Source: Utricularia gibba (Eukaryota > Plantae > Magnoliophyta). From it: DNA of 48,112 nucleotides. Each line of letters opens with the position of its first letter. Within the stretch, counting starts at the first letter, position 1. A program made the position numbers and the translations under genes. The notes under the pieces are model-generated. The model saw only the letters and a list, made by a program, of their open reading frames with translations. It made no database searches and was not told the origin of the DNA. Below, piece after piece: positions 12,201 through 26,000 of this stretch. Location of the stretch: contig NEEC01000345.1 of assembly GCA_002189035.1 (NCBI GenBank), positions 1 through 48,112 of the forward strand, read 5' to 3'.

Positions 12201-15200
12201 CTGACTCGATGCGAATGTGATTTTTGACATGCAAACATATGTATTTCATGGACGATGTGAAATTTGGATTTCGAGATGATCATTTAAGATGCCATGGTGT
12301 GCCTAGCCACAACCTCATGGTGGCCTCGTGCACTCTTCGGTATCGAGTGGATATCTTGCAAATGGTGATGAGTCATGTTGCACATATCATACCGTTTCGA
12401 AGCTCGTTCCGAGCCGGTCTTTTTTTCGTGTTGAGAACTTGTTCGTCCGAGGCACAAATGCTCGAAAGATTGCCTTATATTAGCCTTCAGATGTGCAACG
12501 AAGTGGCCACCACGTTCGCGAAAATGTGACTCGGGACACCTGACTCGATGCGAATGTGATTTTTGACATGCAAAACATATGTATTTCATGGACGATGTGA
12601 AATTTGGATTTCGAGATGATCATTTAAGATGCCATGGTGTGTCCTAGCCACAACCTCATGGTGGCCTCGTGCACTCTTCGGTATCGAGTGGATATCTTGC
12701 AAACGGTGATGAGTCATGTTGCACATATCATACCGTTTCGAAGCTCGTTCCGAGCCGGTCTTCTTTCGTGTTGAGAACTTGTTCGTCCGAGGAGGCACAA
12801 ATGCTCGAAAGATTGCCTTATATTAGCCTTCAGATGTGCAACGAAGTGGCCACCACGTTCGCGAAAATGTGACTCGGACACCTGACTCGATGCGAATGTG
12901 ATTTTTGACATGCAAGACATATGTATTTCATGGACGATGTGAAATTTGGATTTCGAGATGATCATTTAAGATGCGGTGTGTCCCTAGCCACAACCTCATG
13001 GTGGCCTCGTGCACTCTTCGGTATCGAGTGGATATCTTGCAAATGGTGATGAGTCATGTTGCACATATCATACCGTTTCGAAGCTCGTTCGAGCCGGTCT
13101 TCTTTTCGTGTTGAGAACTTGTTCGTCCGAGGAGGCACAAATGCTCGAAAGATTGCCTTATATTAGCCTTCAGATGTGCAACGAAGTGGCCACCACGTTC
13201 GCGAAAATGTGACTCGGACACCTGACTCGATGCGAATGTGATTTTTGACATGCAAAACATATGTATTTCATGGACGATGTGAAATTTTGGATTTCGAGAT
13301 GATCATTTAAGATGCCATGGTGTGTCCCTAGCCACAACCTCATGGTGGCCTCGTGCACTCTTCGGTATCGAGTGGATATCTTGCAAATGGTGATGAGTCA
13401 TGTTGCACACATACCGTTTCGAAGCTCGTTCCGAGCCGTCTTCTTTCGTGTTGAGAACTTGTTCGTCCGAGGAGCACAAATGCTCGAAAGATTGCCTTAT
13501 ATTAGCCTTCAGATGTGCAACGAAGTGGCCACCACGTTCGCGAAAATGTGACTCGGGACACCTGACTCGATGCGAATGTGATTTTTGACATGCAAAACAT
13601 ATGTATTTCATGGACGATGTGAAATTTGGATTTCGAGATGATCATTTAAGATGCCATGGTGTGTCCTAGCCACAACCTCATGGTGGCCTCGTGCACTCTT
13701 CGGTATCGAGTGGATATCTTGCAAATGGTGATGAGTCATGTTGCACATATCATACCGTTTCGAAGCTCGTTCCGAGCCGGTCTTTTTTCGTGTTGAGAAC
13801 TTGTTCGTCCGAGGAGGCACAAATGCTCGAAAGATTGCCTTATATTAGCCTTCAGATGTGCAACGAAGTGGCCACCACGTTCGCGAAAATGTGACTCGGG
13901 ACACCTGACTCGATGCGAATGTGATTTTTGACATGCAAGACATATGTATTTCATGGACGATGTGAAATTTGGATTTCGAGATGATCATTTAAGATGCCAT
14001 AGCCACAACCTCATGGTGGCCTCGTGCACTCTTCGGTATCGAGTGGATATCTTGCAAATGGTGATGAGTCATGTTGCACATAGCATACCGTTTCGAAGCT
14101 CGTTCGAGCCGGTCTTCTTTCGTGTTGAGAACTTGTTCGTCCGAGGAGGCACAAATGCTCGAAAGATTGCCTTATATTAGCCTTCAGATGTGCAACGAAG
14201 TGGCCACCACGTTCGCGAAAATGTGACTCGGACACCTGACTCGATGCGAATGTGATTTTTGACATGCAAGACATATGTATTTCATGGACGATGTGAAATT
14301 TGGATTTCGAGATGATCATTTAAGATGCCATGGGTGTGTCCTAGCCACAACCTCATGGTGGCCTCGTGCACTCTTCGGTATCGAGTGGATATCTTGCAAC
14401 GGTGATGAGTCATGTTGCACACATCATACCGTTTCGAAGCTCGTTCCGAGCCGGTCTTCTTTCGTGTTGAGAACTTGTCGTCCGAGGAGGCACAAATGCT
14501 CGAAAGATTGCCTTATATTAGCCTTCAGATGTGCAACGAAGTGGCCACCACGTTCGCGAAAATGTGACTCGGGACACCTGACTCGATGCGAATGTGATTT
14601 TTGACATGCAAGACATATGTATTTCATGGACGATGTGAAATTTCGGATTTCGAGATGATCATTTAAGATGCCATGGGTGTGCCTAGCCACAACCTCATGG
14701 TGGCCTCGTGCACTCTTCGGTATCGAGTGGATATCTTGCAAACGGTGATGAGTCATGTTGCACATAGCATACCGTTTCGAAGCTCGTTCGAGCCGGTCTT
14801 CTTTCGTGTTGAGAACTTGTTCGTCCGAGGAGGCACAAATGCTCGAAAGATTGCCTTATATTAGCCTTCAGATGTGCAACGAAGTGGCCACCACGTTCGC
14901 GAAAATGTGACTCGGACACCTGACTCGATGCGAATGTGATTTTTGACATGCAAACATATGTATTTCATGGACGATGTGAAATTTTGGATTTCGAGATGAT
15001 CATTTAAGATGCCATGGTGTGTCCCTAGCCACAACCTCATGGTGGCCTCGTGCACTCTTCGTATCGAGTGGATATCTTGAAATGGTGATGAGTCATGTTG
15101 CACATATCATACCGTTTCGAAGCTCGTTCCGAGCCGTCTTCTTTCGTGTTGAGAACTTGTTCGTCCGAGGGCACAAATGCTCGAAAGATTGCCTTATATT

Positions 15201-18200
15201 AGCCTTCAGATGTGCAACGAAGTGGCCACCACGTTCGCGAAAATGTGACTCGGGACACCTGACTCGATGCGAATGTGATTTTTGACATGCAAAACATATG
15301 TATTTCATGGACGATGTGAAATTTCGGATTTCGAGATGATCATTTAAGATGCCATGGTGTGCTAGCCACAACCTCATGGTGGCCTCGTGCACTCTTCGGT
15401 ATCGAGTGGATATTTGCAAATGGTGATGAGTCATGTTGCACATATCATACCGTTTCGAAGCTCGTTCCGAGCCGGTCTTCTTTCGTGTTGAGAACTTGTT
15501 CGTCCGAGGAGGCACAAATGCTCGAAAGATTGCCTTATATTAGCCTTCAGATGTGCAACGAAGTGGCCACCACGTTCGCGAAAATGTGACTCGGACACCT
15601 GACTCGATGCGAATGTGATTTTTTGACATGCAAAACATATGTATTTCATGGACGATGTGAAATTTGGATTTCGAGATGATCATTTAAGATGCCAGGTGTG
15701 TCCTAGCCACAACCTCATGGTGGCCTCGTGCACTCTTCGGTATCGAGTGGATATCTTGCAAACGGTGATGAGTCATGTTGCACATACATACCGTTTCGAA
15801 GCTCGTTCCGAGCCGGTCTTTTTCGTGTTGAGAACTTGTTCGTCCGAGGAGGCACAAATGCTCGAAAGATTGCCTTATATTAGCCTTCAGATGTGCAACG
15901 AAGTGGCCACCACGTTCGCGAAAATGTGACTCGGGACACCTGACTCGATGCGAATGTGATTTTTGACATGCAAAACATATGTATTTCATGGACGATGTGA
16001 AATTTCGGATTTCGAGATGATCATTTAAGATGCCATGGGTGTCCCTAGCCACAACCTCATGGTGGCCTCGTGCACTCTTCGGTATCGAGTGGATATCTTG
16101 CAAATGGTGATGAGTCATGTTGCACATATCATACCGTTTCGAAGCTCGTTCCGAGCCGGTCTTCTTTCGTGTTGAGAACTTGTTCGTCCGAGGAGGCACA
16201 AATGCTCGAAAGATTGCCTTATATTAGCCTTCAGATGTGCAACGAAGTGGCCACCACGTTCGCGAAATGTGACTCGGGACACCTGACTCGATGCGAATGT
16301 GATTTTTGACATGCAAAACATATGTATTTCATGGACGATGTGAAATTTCGGATTTCGAGATGATCATTTAAGATGCCATGGTGTGTCCTAGCCACAACCT
16401 CATGGTGGCCTCGTGCACTCTTCGGTATCGAGTGGATATCTTGCAAATGGTGATGAGTCATGTTGCACATATCATACCGTTTCGAAGCTCGTTCCGAGCC
16501 GGTCTTTTTCGTGTGGAGAACTTGTTCGTCCGAGGAGGCACAAATGCTCGAAAGATTGCCTTATATTAGCCTTCAGATGTGCAACGAAGTGGCCACCACG
16601 TTCGCGAAATGTGACTCGGACACCTGACTCGATGCGAATGTGATTTTTGACATGCAAAACATATGTATTTCATGGACGATGTGAAATTTGGATTTCGAGA
16701 TGATCATTTAAGATGCCATGGGTGTGTCCTAGCCACAACCTCATGGTGGCCTCGTGCACTCTTCGGTATCGAGTGGATATCTTGAAATGGTGATGAGTCA
16801 TGTTGCATCATACCGTTTCGAAGCTCGTTCCGAGCCGTCTTCTTTCGTGTTGAGAACTTGTTCGTCCGAGGAGCACAAATGCTCGAAAGATTGCCTTATA
16901 TTAGCCTTCAGATGTGCAACGAAGTGGCCACCACGTTCGCGAAAATGTGACTCGGGACACCTGACTCGATGCGAATGTGATTTTTGACATGCAAGACATA
17001 TGTATTTCATGGACGATGTGAAATTTTGGATTTCGAGATGATCATTTAAGATGCATGGTGTGTCTAGCCACAACCTCATGGTGGCCTCGTGCACTCTTCG
17101 GTATCGAGTGGATATCTTGCAAATGGTGATGAGTCATGTTGCACATAGCATACCGTTTCGAAGCTCGTTCCGAGCCGGTCTTCTTTTCGTGTTGAGAACT
17201 TGTTCGTCCGAGGAGGCACAAATGCTCGAAAGATTGCCTTATATTAGCCTTCAGATGTGCAACGAAGTGGCCACCACGTTCGCGAAAATGTGACTCGGAC
17301 ACCTGACTCGATGCGAATGTGATTTTTGACATGCAAAACATATGTATTTCATGGACGATGTGAAATTTCGGATTTCGAGATGATCATTTAAGATGCCATG
17401 GTGTGTCTAGCCACAACCTCATGGTGGCCTCGTGCACTCTTCGGTATCGAGTGGATATCTTGCAAACGGTGATGAGTCATGTTGCACATAGCATACCGTT
17501 TCGAAGCTCGTTCGAGCTCTTCTTTCGTGTTGAGAACTTGTTCGTCCGAGGAGGCACAAATGCTCGAAAGATTGCCTTATATTAGCCTTCAGATGTGCAA
17601 CGAAGTGGCCACCACGTTCGCGAAAATGTGACTCGGACACCTGACTCGATGCGAATGTGATTTTTGACATGCAAAACATATGTATTTCATGGACGATGTG
17701 AAATTTCGGATTTCGAGATGATCATTTAAGATGCATGGTGTGTCCTAGCCACAACCTCATGGTGGCCTCGTGCACTCTTCGGTATCGAGTGGATATCTTG
17801 CAAATGGTGATGAGTCATGTTGCACATATCATACCGTTTCGAAGCTCGTTCCGAGCCGGTCTTTTTTCGTGTTGAGAACTTGTTCGTCCGAGGAGGCACA
17901 AATGCTCGAAAGATTGCCTTATATTAGCCTTCAGATGTGCAACGAAGTGGCCACCACGTTCGCGAAAATGTGACTCGGGACACCTGACTCGATGCGAATG
18001 TGATTTTTGACATGCAAAACATATGTATTTCATGGGACGATGTGAAATTTCGGATTTCGAGATGATCATTTAAGATGCCATCGGTGTGTAGCCACAACCT
18101 CATGGTGGCCTCGTGCACTCTTCGGTATCGAGTGGATATCTTGCAAATGGTGATGAGTCATGTTGCACATAGCATACCGTTTCGAAGCTCGTTCCGAGCC

Positions 18201-19409
18201 GGTCTTTTTTCGTGTTGAGAACTTGTTCGTCCGAGCACAAATGCTCGAAAGATTGCCTTATATTAGCCTTCAGATGTGCAACGAAGTGGCCACCACGTTC
18301 GCGAAAATGTGACTCGGACACCTGACTCGATGCGAATGTGATTTTTGACATGCAAGACATATGTATTTCATGGACGATGTGAAATTTCGGATTTCGAGAT
18401 GATCATTTAGATGCATGGTGTGTAGCCACAACCTCATGGTGGCCTCGTGCACTCTTCGGTATCGAGTGGATATCTTTGGTGATGAGTCATGTTGCACATA
18501 TCATACCGTTTCGAAGCTCGTTCCGAGCCGGTCTTCTTTTCGTGTTGAGAACTTGTTCGTCCGAGGAGGCACAAATGCTCGAAAGATTGCCTTATATTAG
18601 CCTTCAGATGTGCAACGAAGTGGCCACCACGCGCGAAAATGTGACTCGGGACACCTGACTCGATGCGAATGTGATTTTTGACATGCAAAACATATGTATT
18701 TCATGGGACGATGTGAAATTTTGGATTTCGAGATGATCATTTAAGATGCCTGTGTCCTAGCCACAACCTCATGGTGGCCTCGTGCACTCTTCGGTATCGA
18801 GTGGATATCTTGCAACGGTGATGAGTCATGTTGCACATATCATACCGTTTCGAAGCTCGTTCGAGCCGGTCTTCTTTCGTGTTGAGAACTTGTTCGTCCG
18901 AGGAGCACAAATGCTCGAAAGATTGCCTTATATTAGCCTTCAGATGTGCAACGAAGTGGCCACCACGTTCGCGAAAATGTGACTCGGGACACCTGACTCG
19001 ATGCGAATGTGATTTTTGACATGCAAGACATATGTATTTCATGGGACGATGTGAAATTTTGGATTTCGAGATGATCATTTAATGTGTCCCTAGCCACAAC
19101 CTCATGGTGGCCTCGTGCACTCTTCGGTATCGATGGATATCTTGCAAATGATGAGTCATGTTGCACAGCATACCGTTTCGAAGCTCGTTCGAGCCGGTCT
19201 TTTTTTCGTGTGGAGAACTTGTTCGTCCGAGGAGGCACAAATGCTCGAAAGATTGCCTTATATTAGCCTTCAGATGTGCAACGAAGTGGCCACCACGTTC
19301 GCGAAAATGTGACTCGGGACACCTGACTCGATGCGAATGTGATTTTTGACATGCAAAACATATGTATTTCATGGACGATGTGAAATTTCGGATTTCGAGA
19401 TGATCATTT
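205..19409. repeat. Sub-array A (tgtCCctag, frequent caaGacat, frequent ttttgg/tttgg, cttGcaa)
   Basis: I saw no tgtGGctagcc, caaagcata or accattt in this interval. caagac occurs more than 20 times between ~800 and ~19030 and not again until 48077. Confidence 0.8.
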
Positions 19410-20031
19410 AGATGCCATCGGTGTGTCTAGCCACAACCTCATGGTGGCCTCGTGCACTCTTCGGTATCGAGTGGATATCTTACAAATGGATGAGTCATGT
19501 TGCACATAGCATACCGTTTCGAAGCTCGTTCCGAGCCGGTCTTCTTTTCGTGTTGAGAACTTGTTCGTCCGAGGAGGCACAAATGCTCGAAAGATTGCCT
19601 TATATTAGCCTTCAGATGTGCAACGAAGTGGCCACCACGTTCGCGAAAATGTGACTCGGACACCTGACTCGATGCGAATGTGATTTTTGACATGCAAACA
19701 TATGTATTTCATGCGACGATGTGAAATTTCGGATTTCGAGATGATCATTTAAGATGCCATCGGTGTGTCTAGCCACAACCTCATGGTGGCCTCGTGCACT
19801 CTTCGGTATCGAGTGGATATCTTGCAAACGGTGATGAGTCATGTTGCACATCATACCGTTTCGAAGCTCGTTCCGAGCCGGTCTTTTTTCGTGTTGAGAA
19901 CTTGTTCGTCCGAGGAGGCACAAATGCTCGAAAGATTGCCTTATATTAGCCTTCAGATGTGCAACGAAGTGGCCACCACGTTCGCGAAAATGTGACTCGG
20001 ACACCTGACTCGATGCGAATGTGATTTTTGA

Positions 20032-20035
20032 CATG
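20032..20035. other. Junction of a ~67-bp deletion at a CATG microhomology
   Basis: The sequence reads tttttgaCATGgtgtgtggctagcc. The usual caaaacatatgt...tcatttaagatgccatg segment is missing. Confidence 0.85.
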
Positions 20036-23000
20036 GTGTGTGGCTAGCCACAACCTCATGGTGGCCTCGTGCACTCTTCGGTATCGAGTGGATATCTTAA
20101 ATGGTGATGAGTCATGTTGCACAAAGCATACCGTTTCGAAGCTCGTTCCCGAGCCGGTCTTTTTTCGTGTTGAGAACTTGTTCGTCCGAGGAGGCACAAA
20201 TGCTCGAAAGATTGCCTTATATTAGCCTTCAGATGTGCAACGAAGTGGCCACCACGTTCGCGAAAATGTGACTCGGGACACCTGACTCGATGCGAATGTG
20301 ATTTTTGACATGCAAAACATATGTATTTCATGACGATGTGAAATTTCGGATTTCGAGATGATCATTTAAGATGCCATCGGTGTGTGGCTAGCCACAACCT
20401 CATGGTGGCCTCGTGCACTCTTCGGTATCGAGTGGATATCTTACAAATGGTGATGAGTCATGTTGCACATAGCATACCATTTCGAAGCTCGTTCCGAGCC
20501 GGTCTTTTTTTCGTGTGAGAACTTGTTCGTCCGAGGAGGCACAAATGCTCGAAAGATTGCCTTATATTAGCCTTCAGATGTGCAACGAAGTGGCCACCAC
20601 GTTCGCGAAAATGTGACTCGGGACACCTGACTCGATGCGAATGTGATTTTTGACATGCAAAACATATGTATTTCATGGACGATGTGAAATTTCGGATTTC
20701 GAGATGATCATTTAAGATGCCATCGGTGTGTGGCTAGCCACAACCTCATGGTGGCCTCGTGCACTCTTCGGTATCGAGTGGATATCTTGCAAATGGTGAT
20801 GAGTCATGTTGCACAAAGCATACCGTTTCGAAGCTCGTTCCGAGCCGGTCTTTTTTGTTGAGAACTTGTTCGTCCGAGGAGGCACAAATGCTCGAAAGAT
20901 TGCCTTATATTAGCCTTCAGATGTGCAACGAAGTGGCACCACGTTCGCGAAAATGTGACTCGGGACACCTGACTCGATGCGAATGTGATTTTTGACATGC
21001 AAAACATATGTATTTCATGGACGATGTGAAATTTGGATTTCGAGATGATCATTTAAGATGCCATCGGTGTGTGGCTAGCCACAACCTCATGGTGGCCTCG
21101 TGCACTCTTCGGTATCGAGTGGATATCTTACAAATGGTGATGAGTTGTTGCACAAAGCATACCGTTTCGAAGCTCGTTCCGAGCCGGTCTTTTTTCGTGT
21201 GAGAACTTGTTCGTCCGAGGAGGCACAAATGCTCGAAAGATTGCCTTATATTAGCCTTCAGATGTGCAACGAAGTGGCCACCACGTTCGCGAAAATGTGA
21301 CTCAGGACACCTGACTCGATGCGAATGTGATTTTTGACATGCAAAACATATGTATTTCATGGACGATGTGAAATTTCGGATTTCGAGATGATCATTTAAG
21401 ATGCCATCGGTGTGTGCTAGCCACAACCTCATGGTGGCCTCGTGCACTCTTCGGTATCGAGTGGATATCTTACAAATGGTGATGAGTCATGTTGCACAAA
21501 GCATACCATTTCGAAGCTCGTTCCGAGCCGGTCTTTTTTCGTTGAGAACTTGTTCGTCCGAGGAGGCACAAATGCTCGAAAGATTGCCTTATATTAGCCT
21601 TCAGATGTGCAACGAAGTGGCCACCACGTTCGCGAAAATGTGACTCGGGACACCTGACTCGATGCGAATGTGATTTTTGACATGCAAAACATATGTATTT
21701 CATGTGACGATGTGAAATTTCGGATTTCGAGATGATCATTTAAGATGCCATCGGTGTGTGGCTAGCCACAACCTCATGGTGGCCTCGTGCACTCTTCGGT
21801 ATCGAGTGGATATCTTGCAAATGGTGATGAGTCATGTTGCACAAGCATACCATTTCGAAGCTCGTTCCGAGCCGGTCTTTTTTCGTTGAGAACTTGTTCG
21901 TCCGAGGAGGCACAAATGCTCGAAAGATTGCCTTATATTAGCCTTCAGATGTGCAACGAAGTGGCCACCACGTTCGCGAAAATGTGACTCAGGACACCTG
22001 ACTCGATGCGAATGTGATTTTTGACATGCAAAACATATGTATTTCATGACGATGTGAAATTTCGGATTTCGAGATGATCATTTAAGATGCCATCGGTGTG
22101 TGGCTAGCCACAACCTCATGGTGGCCTCGTGCACTCTTCGGTATCGAGTGGATATCTTACAAATGGTGATGAGTCATGTTGCACCATACCGTTTCGAAGC
22201 TCGTTCCGAGCCGTCTTTTTTCGTGTGAGAACTTGTTCGTCCGAGGAGGCACAAATGCTCGAAAGATTGCCTTATATTAGCCTTCAGATGTGCAACGAAG
22301 TGGCCACCACGTTCGCGAAAATGTGACTCGGGACACCTGACTCGATGCGAATGTGATTTTTGACATGCAAAACATATGTATTTCATGGACGATGTGAAAT
22401 TTCGGATTTCGAGATGATCATTTCCATCGGTGTGTGGCTAGCCACAACCTCATGGTGGCCTCGTGCACTCTTCGGTATCGAGTGGATATCTTACAAATGG
22501 TGATGAGTCATGTTGCACATACCGTTTCGAAGCTCGTTCCGAGCCGGTCTTTTTTCGTGTTGAGAACTTGTTCGTCCGAGGAGGCACAAATGCTCGAAAG
22601 ATTGCCTTATATTAGCCTTCAGATGTGCAACGAAGTGGCACCACGTTCGCGAAAATGTGACTCAGGACACCTGACTCGATGCGAATGTGATTTTTGACAT
22701 GCAAAACATATGTATTTCATGTGACGATGTGAAATTTCGGATTTCGAGATGATCATTTAAGATGCCATCGGTGTGTGCTAGCCACAACCTCATGGTGGCC
22801 TCGTGCACTCTTCGGTATCGAGTGGATATCTTACAAATGGTGATGAGTCATGTTGCACAAAGCATACCGTTTCGAAGCTCGTTCCGAGCCGGTCTTTTTT
22901 CGTGGAGAACTTGTTCGTCCGAGGAGGCACAAATGCTCGAAAGATTGCCTTATATTAGCCTTCAGATGTGCAACGAAGTGGCCACCACGTTCGCGAAAAT

Positions 23001-26000
23001 GTGACTCGGGACACCTGACTCGATGCGAATGTGATTTTTGACATGCAAAACATATGTATTTCATGGACGATGTGAAATTTCGGATTTCGAGATGATCATT
23101 TAACATCGGTGTGTGGCTAGCCACAACCTCATGGTGGCCTCGTGCACTCTTCGGTATCGAGTGGATATCTTCAAATGGTGATGAGTCATGTTGCACATAG
23201 CATACCGTTTCGAAGCTCGTTCCGAGCCGGTCTTCTTTCGTGTTGAGAACTTGTTCGTCCGAGGGCACAAATGCTCGAAAGATTGCCTTATATTAGCCTT
23301 CAGATGTGCAACGAAGTGGCCACCACGTTCGCGAAAATGTGACTCGGGACACCTGACTCGATGCGAATGTGATTTTTGACATGCAAACATATGTATTTCA
23401 TGTGACGATGTAAATTTCGGATTTCGAGATGATCATTTAAGATGCCATCGGTGTGTGGCTAGCCACAACCTCATGGTGGCCTCGTGCACTCTTCGGTATC
23501 GAGTGGATATCTTACAAATGGTGATGAGTCATGTTGCACATAGCATACCGTTTCGAAGCTCGTTCCGAGCCGGTCTTTTTCGTGTTGAGAACTTGTTCGT
23601 CCGAGGAGGCACAAATGCTCGAAAGATTGCCTTATATTAGCCTTCAGATGTGCAACGAAGTGGCCACCACGTTCGCGAAAATGTGACTCGGGACACCTGA
23701 CTCGATGCGAATGTGATTTTTGACATGCAAAACATATGTATTTCATGGACGATGTGAAATTTCGGATTTCGAGATGATCATTTAAGATGCCATGGGTGTG
23801 TGGCTAGCCACAACCTCATGGTGGCCTCGTGCACTCTTCGGTATCGAGTGGATATCTTACAAATGGTGATGAGTCATGTTGCACAGCATACCGTTTCGAA
23901 GCTCGTTCCGAGCCGGTCTTCTTTCGTGTTGAGAACTTGTTCGTCCGAGGAGGCACAAATGCTCGAAAGATTGCCTTATATTAGCCTTCAGATGTGCAAC
24001 GAAGTGGCCACCACGTTCGCGAAAATGTGACTCGGGACACCTGACTCGATGCGAATGTGATTTTTGACATGCAAAACATATGTATTTCATGGACGATGTG
24101 AAATTTCGGATTTCGAGATGATCATTTAAGATGCCATCGGTGTGTGGCTAGCCACAACCTCATGGTGGCCTCGTGCACTCTTCGGTATCGAGTGGATATC
24201 TTACAAATGGTGATGAGTCATGTTGCACAAAGCATACCGTTTCGAAGCTCGTTCCGAGCCGGTCTTTTTCGTTGAGAACTTGTTCGTCGAGGAGGCACAA
24301 ATGCTCGAAAGATTGCCTTATATTAGCCTTCAGATGTGCAACGAAGTGGCCACCACGTTCGCGAAAATGTGACTCGGACACCTGACTCGATGCGAATGTG
24401 ATTTTTGACATGCAAAACATATGTATTTCATGACGATGTGAAATTTCGGATTTCGAGATGATCATTTAAGGTGTGTCCCTAGCCACAACCTCATGGTGGC
24501 CTCGTGCACTCTTCGGTATCGAGTGGATATCTTACAAATGGTGATGAGTCATGTTGCACAGCATACCGTTTCGAAGCTCGTTCCGAGCCGGTCTTCTTTC
24601 GTGTTGAGAACTTGTTCGTCCGAGGGCACAAATGCTCGAAAGATTGCCTTATATTAGCCTTCAGATGTGCAACGAAGTGGCCACCACGTTCGCGAAAATG
24701 TGACTCGGGACACCTGACTCGATGCGAATGTGATTTTTGACATGCAAAACATATGTATTTCATGGACGATGTGAAATTTCGGATTTCGAGATGATCATTT
24801 AAGATGCATCGGTGTGTGGCTAGCACAACCTCATGGTGGCCTCGTGCACTCTTCGGTATCGAGTGGATATCTTACAAACGGTGATGAGTCATGTTGCACA
24901 TATCATACCGTTTCGAAGCTCGTTCCGAGCCGGTCTTCTTTCGTGTTGAGAACTTGTTCGTCCGAGGAGGCACAAATGCTCGAAAGATTGCCTTATATTA
25001 GCCTTCAGATGTGCAACGAAGTGGCCACCACGTTCGCGAAAATGTGACTCGGGACACCTGACTCGATGCGAATGTGATTTTTGACATGCAAAACATATGT
25101 ATTTCATGGACGATGTGAAATTTCGGATTTCGAGATGATCATTTAAGATGCCATCGGTGTGTGGCTAGCCACAACCTCATGGTGGCCTCGTGCACTCTTC
25201 GGTATCGAGTGGATATCTTGCAAATGGTGATGAGTCATGTTGCACAGCATACCATTTCGAAGCTCGTTCCGAGCCGGTCTTTTTTCGTTGAGAACTTGTT
25301 CGTCCGAGGAGGCACAAATGCTCGAAAGATTGCCTTATATTAGCCTTCAGATGTGCAACGAAGTGGCCACCACGTTCGCGAAAATGTGACTCGGGACACC
25401 TGACTCGATGCGAATGTGATTTTTGACATGCAAAACATATGTATTTCATGGACGATGTGAAATTTCGGATTTCGAGATGATCATTTAAGATGCCATGGTG
25501 TGTGGCTAGCCACAACCTCATGGTGGCCTCGTGCACTCTTCGGTATCGAGTGGATATCTTACAAATGGTGATGAGTCATGTTGCACAAGCATACCATTTC
25601 GAAGCTCGTTCCGAGCCGGTCTTTTTTCGTGTGAGAACTTGTTCGTCCGAGGAGGCACAAATGCTCGAAAGATTGCCTTATATTAGCCTTCAGATGTGCA
25701 ACGAAGTGGCCACCACGTTCGCGAAAATGTGACTCGGGACACCTGACTCGATGCGAATGTGATTTTTGACATGCAAAACATATGTATTTCATGTGACGAT
25801 GTGAAATTTCGGATTTCGAGATGATCATTTAAGATGCCATCGGTGTGTGGCTAGCCACAACCTCATGGTGGCCTCGTGCACTCTTCGGTATCGAGTGGAT
25901 ATCTTACAAATGGTGATGAGTCATGTTGCACAAGCATACCGTTTCGAAGCTCGTTCCGAGCCGGTCTTTTCGTGTTGAGAACTTGTTCGTCCGAGGAGGC

